Of a stretch of DNA of 64,000 bases, positions 59,550 to 64,000 are shown in pieces. Positions within the stretch are counted from its first letter, which is position 1, and every line of letters begins with the position of its first letter. Position numbers and translations under genes: made by a program. Below the pieces are notes generated by a model. That model saw only the letters and a program-made list of their open reading frames with translations, did no database searches and was not told where the DNA came from. This DNA is from Camelus ferus (taxonomy: Eukaryota), in NCBI RefSeq assembly GCF_009834535.1, contig NC_045696.1, positions 8,930,001 to 8,994,000 on the forward strand, given 5' to 3'.

Positions 59550-62500
59550 TAACGGATTCCTGGAGGGATGGCAGAGATTAATGTCACCATCAAGGACTTG
59601 AAAGACACAGGAATGGTGAGTCCCGTAACAGTCCCATTCCACTTGCTCATTTGGCCTGTGCCAAAGGCAGATGGATCTTGGAGGGTGACAATGGATTACT
59701 GTCAGCTTAACCAGGTGGCGATGCCAATGCAGTGGCAATGCCAGGTGTGGTTTCATTGCTTGAGCAAACTAACACACAACCTGGTACCTGGTATGCAGCT
59801 GTCAGCCTCATAAACGCTTTTTTCTTGAAACATGTATTAGCCAAGACCACCAGAAAGAGTTTGCCTTCAGCTGGCAACGCCAGCAATACAATTGCACCGT
59901 CCTACCTCAGGGGTGCTTCAACTTGCCCGCCCTGTGTCACAGTTCAGCCTGCAGGGACCTGGATTGCATTTCTCTTCCATAAGGTATTTATTATACTGGT
60001 CATTACATCAATGATATTATGCTGATTGGACCTAATGAGCAAGAAATCGTGACTACTCTAGACTTACTGGTAAGACATTTGCTCATCAGTGGGTGGGAAG
60101 TAAACCCAACCCAAATTCAGGGGCCTCCGACCTCAGTGAAATTTCTCGGTGTCTAGTGATGCGAGTCACATTGACATACTCCTTCTGAGGTGAAGGGTAA
60201 GTTGCATCGGCCACGCCTACAACCAAAAAGGAGGCACAATGTCTAGTGGGGCCTCTTTGGATTTTGAAGGCAACCTCTTGAGGACTTGGGTGCCCTGCTC
60301 CAGCCTATTTACTGAACGACTTGAAAGTCTGTTGGTTTTGAGTGGGGCCCAGAGCGGAAGGCGCTGCAGCAGGTCCAGGCTGCCCTGTACGTTGTTGTGC
60401 CACTGGGACCCTGTGAGCCAGCATGTGCGATGGGGCCGGACGGGTCCAGGGGCGATCGGGGTGCCGTGTGGGCCGCTAGCAGGCCCGCGTGAGTGAGTCA
60501 CAGTGCAGGCCCTTAGGCTTTTGGAGCAAAGTCCTACCATCTTGGGCAGAAGACTGCTCTCCTTCTGAGAAACAGCTCTTGACCCACTACTGGCTCTTAG
60601 CAGACACTGAATGCTTAACCGTGGACCACCAAGTTACCGTGTGACCCAAGCTGTGGTCACAAATAAGGTGTCTTCTGATCCAGCCAGCTATAAAGCTGGG
60701 CGTGCAGGGCAACAGCCATCACCAGATAGAAGTGGGACCTATGCCATCAGGCCTGAGCAGGCTCTGAAGGCATAAATAAGTTCCACCAAAGAGCGATCCA
60801 CATGCCCGTGGTCCCCATTCCTGCTACCCTGCTTCCTCTCTCCCAGCCCGCACCTAGGACTCAGGACGGATTCCCTGCCATTAGTTGACAGGAGGGGGAA
60901 AAGTCTTGGGCCTGGTTTACATATGGGTCCACTTGACATGCAGACATCACTTGCAAGTGGACAGCTGTGGCGCTGCAGCCTTAGGGGACATTCCTGAAGG
61001 ACAAGAGAGAAGGGCGGCCCTTCCAGTGGTGGAACTCTGAGCACCACACTGGGCTGCACTTTGCTTGGGAGGGAAGTGGCCAGCTGTGTGATTATACACT
61101 GCTTTATGGGCCGTGGTCAATTGTTAGGCAGGTGAGTCAGGGACTTGGAAGGAGCATGATTGGAAAATTGGTAACAAGGAAATTTGGGGAAAAGGTATAC
61201 AGATAGACCCCTCAGGATGGGTTAAAAAAAAAAAAAGTGAAGATATTTGCACCCAGTGTGAATGCTCACCAAAAGGATATCTCAGCAAAGAGGCATTTTA
61301 ATAATCATGTAGACAGGCTGACCTGTTCTGTGGGTACCAGTCAGCTCCTCTCCCAGTCACTCCCATCATCACCCAAAGGGCTCACGAACAAATTGGCCAT
61401 GGGGACAAGGCTGGAGGTTATTCACAGGCTCAGTAACATGGATTTCCACTCACCAAGGCCAACATGGCCACGGCCACTCTGAGTGCTCCGTCTGCCGGCA
61501 GCAGAGGCCAACACAGAGCCCCCAGCGTGGCCCCATTACCAGGGATGACCACCAGCTAGCTGGTGGCAGGTTGATTACATCTGATCCTACTTCACAGAGG
61601 GTTACCACTTTGTTCTTCCTGGATAGACACTCTGAATATGGACTTGCCTACACTATACGCAGTGCTTCAGCCAAAACCACAATCCATGGACATATAGAAT
61701 GCCTTGTCTGCTGTCATGGGATTCCACACAGCATGGCTTTTGACAAAGGCTCTCAATTCACAGCTAATGAACTGCAGTCATGGGCCCATGCTCATGGAAT
61801 TTACTGGAATTTTAATGATAGTCCCCACCATCCTGAAGCAACTGGCTTGACAGAAAGGTGGAATGGCCTTTATTGACATTAAATTCTAAATTCTTTTTAA
61901 TACTTTTAGCCACAAACTGGTAAGCTACTGTTTGAACTTGACTCAGAAATTTTTTTTAATTGAAGTATAGTTGATTCACAATGTTAGGTTAGTTTCTGGG
62001 GTACAGCATCGTGATTCAGTTATACATACATTTATATTATTTTCATTATGCGTTATTACAAGCTATTGAATAGTTCCCTTTGCTACACAGTAGGACCTTG
62101 TTGTTTATGTATTTTATATATAGTAGTTTGTACCTGCTAATCCCAAAGACCTAATTTATCCCTCCCCCACTTTTCCCCTTTGGTCACCATAAGTTTATTT
62201 TCCACGTCTGTAAGTCTATTTCTATTTTGTAAATAAATTCATTTGTGTCCTCTTTTCAGATTCCACATGTAAGTAATACTGTGTGGTATCTGTCTTTCTC
62301 TGTCTGACTTATTTCACTTAGTATGATCATCTCTGGGTTCATCCATGTTGCTACAAATGGCAGTATTTCAATTTTTTTTATGGCTGAGCGGTATGGAACG
62401 GCCATTTTAACACACATTTACAGTGCCAGCTAGGTACCAATACTTTGCAGGGCTGGGGCAAGGCTCTCCAGAAGGCCGTATATACCCTGAATCAACGTTC

Positions 62501-62820
62501 AGTACACGGTGCTGTTTCTCCCATAGCCCAGATTCACAGGCCCAGGAATCAAGGGTGGAAGGGGAGAGGCACCACCCACCATGACCCTCAGTGACCCACT
62601 AGCAAAACTTTTGCTTCCTGTTCCCATGACCTTAAGCTCTGTTGGCCCAGAGGTCTCAGTTCCAAAGGGCAGAGTGCTTCCACCAGGAGACACAACGATT
62701 CCATTGAACTGGAAGTTAAGACAGTCACTGGGCTACTTTGGGTTCCTCATGCTTCTGAATGAACAGGCCAAGAAGGGAGTGACTGTGCTGGCTGGGGTGA
62801 CTGATTCTGAGCCACCAAAG
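59550..62820 (+). pseudogene. pol: ERV-L pol remnant (RT-RNase H-integrase-dUTPase), frameshifted, 5'-truncated, interrupted by L1
   Basis: AEINVTIKDLKDTG..IWPVPKADGSWRVTMDY (59568+); HYINDIMLIGPNEQE..QIQGPPTSVKFLGV* from 60001 (decayed YIDD motif); integrase ..HGIPHSMAFDKGSQFTA..PHHPEATGLTERWNG (61571-61870); dUTPase-like LPPGDTTIPLNWKLR..KKGVTVLAGV downstream of integrase, the ERV-L order. Confidence 0.95.
61872..62393 (-). mobile_element. 5'-truncated L1 inserted in ERV-L integrase, with ~78 bp extra 3' sequence
   Basis: Antisense L1 3' UTR 61950-62393; degenerate TSD tggaatggccttt (61859-61871) / tggaacggccattt (62394-62407). Confidence 0.9.
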
Positions 62821-62854
62821 GGAAAATGGACTTCACCTGGGCCTCCTGGAGGTC

Positions 62855-63070
62855 TCAGGACTTGTCAGCCTCCATAATTACATCAGCCAATTCCTTACCG
62901 TAAACATTTCTATAATAAATCTCTTTATATAATATATAATATTTATATATAACATTATATAAATATACACAAATTGTATATTTTTATACATCACATATAA
63001 AAATAAATATATTATATATACATATATATACTTACTATTGATTCTGCTTCTCTGTAGAATCCTAATTAAT
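62855..63070 (+). mobile_element. MLT2 (ERV-L) LTR 3' part with internal AT-rich tract
   Basis: 'gacttgtcagcctccataattacatcagccaattcctta...(TA)n...tattgattctgcttctctgtagaatcctaattaat' matches the MLT2 3' end. Confidence 0.85.
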
Positions 63071-63438
63071 TTCAAAATAGTTATCAAAATCGTTTTTTAA
63101 AAAGTTGTAAACAGGAACAGTCATGCTTCTTTATTAACTCATGAAATAACAAGGCCTATCACCAGTCTGAATGATGTAATTCAGGGTGGTGATGAGCAGA
63201 CGCAATACTGTGATGCGTTTGTAACAATTGAAACATGGTTTAAAAATATCTGTGGTTTCTACTGGTGAGGACATCGAATGTTCTTCTAATACCTGTTCTC
63301 TATTTTGTGATGGAAGAAAATTCTACATTTGAGTTAGAGGTTAGGAAAAATAAAGATGTGTTTTTGTCCTAAACAAGCTCGTAAGAATCCTCCCTGTGGG
63401 TCCCTCGGGGTCCATGCAGCCCAAGAATAGGACATCTG
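63069..63438 (+). mobile_element. hAT-Charlie DNA transposon terminal segment, copy 2
   Basis: Direct homolog of 59084-59437; retains the terminus 'ggggtccatgcagcccaagaataggacatctg'. Confidence 0.75.
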
Positions 63439-64000
63439 AGATAAAGACAGACTACCGCTCCTCCGCGCCTTCCTGGATGACTTCCCTTTGAGGAACCACC
63501 TTTAAAGGGACAGAGTAAAGAGCCAGCGGGCTCTTTGATTCTCAGGATAACCAAACATCTGAACAATATTATGTGCACAATAGACAAGGAAACTGCAGGA
63601 CTGACTTTGGTTATAAAAGAGAGAGAGAGAGAGAGTGAAGCGTCCTTTTCCATGATGATTGGTCGTGGAGACAAAAACTAGATTTCTTCTGCAAACTATT
63701 TTGGCCCCCGGGCCCCTAGCCTAGTGCTTCCGTGTTGCAGACACTCAATATTATTTCCTGAATTAATGATCACAGGGGCAGGGATTGATGAACTTACAGA
63801 TGTCAAAGTTGCAAAGAGCGCAGTGGACTCACATGGGTGGTTTTATTTGTTCGTCTCCAGTGTGTCCCTCCTCTCTTCTCACGCCATCTGTGAGGCTTGT
63901 TCAGAGGCTAACTTCCCTTAGAGCAGCTGGCTCTCTTGGGCATCACCAGCCAGAAGCCAGGTAGCCTTACATTCGGTTCCTTCTGCACCAAAGGCAAAGG

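Noticed and set aside
59568..62877. ERV-L ORFs as a domesticated or active retroviral gene
   Set aside because: Multiple frameshifts and stops, YIDD mutated to YIND, integrase split by an L1, no 5' LTR or gag.
1..64000. CRISPR arrays, operons or prokaryotic defence systems
   Set aside because: The sequence is mammalian; no regularly spaced repeat-spacer arrays or gene-dense ORF organisation.

Overview
Mammalian, repeat-rich, non-coding DNA (intergenic or deep intronic). It is most likely camelid: two Vic-1-type tRNA-derived SINEs and the L1 3' ends point that way (inferred from recalled consensus sequences, not from a search). I found no host protein-coding gene, structural RNA gene or CRISPR array. 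The only ORFs with recognisable protein motifs are retroelement fossils: an L1 ORF2 endonuclease fragment (7121-7428, -) and a decayed ERV-L pol (RT, RNase H, integrase, dUTPase; ~59550-62820, +). The rest is MIR, L2, old and young L1, MaLR/ERV LTRs, hAT MITEs and microsatellites, plus a few repeat-free motif-rich blocks that may be enhancers. I did not find a new biological system. The best observations are rearrangement scars: (1) the 5'-truncated ERV-L lies between two copies of a ~470-bp direct duplication; (2) a ~140-bp inverted duplication copies an L1 5' junction with its TSD; (3) a composite nested/inverted L1 sits inside one TSD; (4) an L1 with a probable 3' transduction interrupts the ERV-L integrase. 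Repeat subfamily names are from memory, and most boundaries are approximate unless a TSD is quoted.
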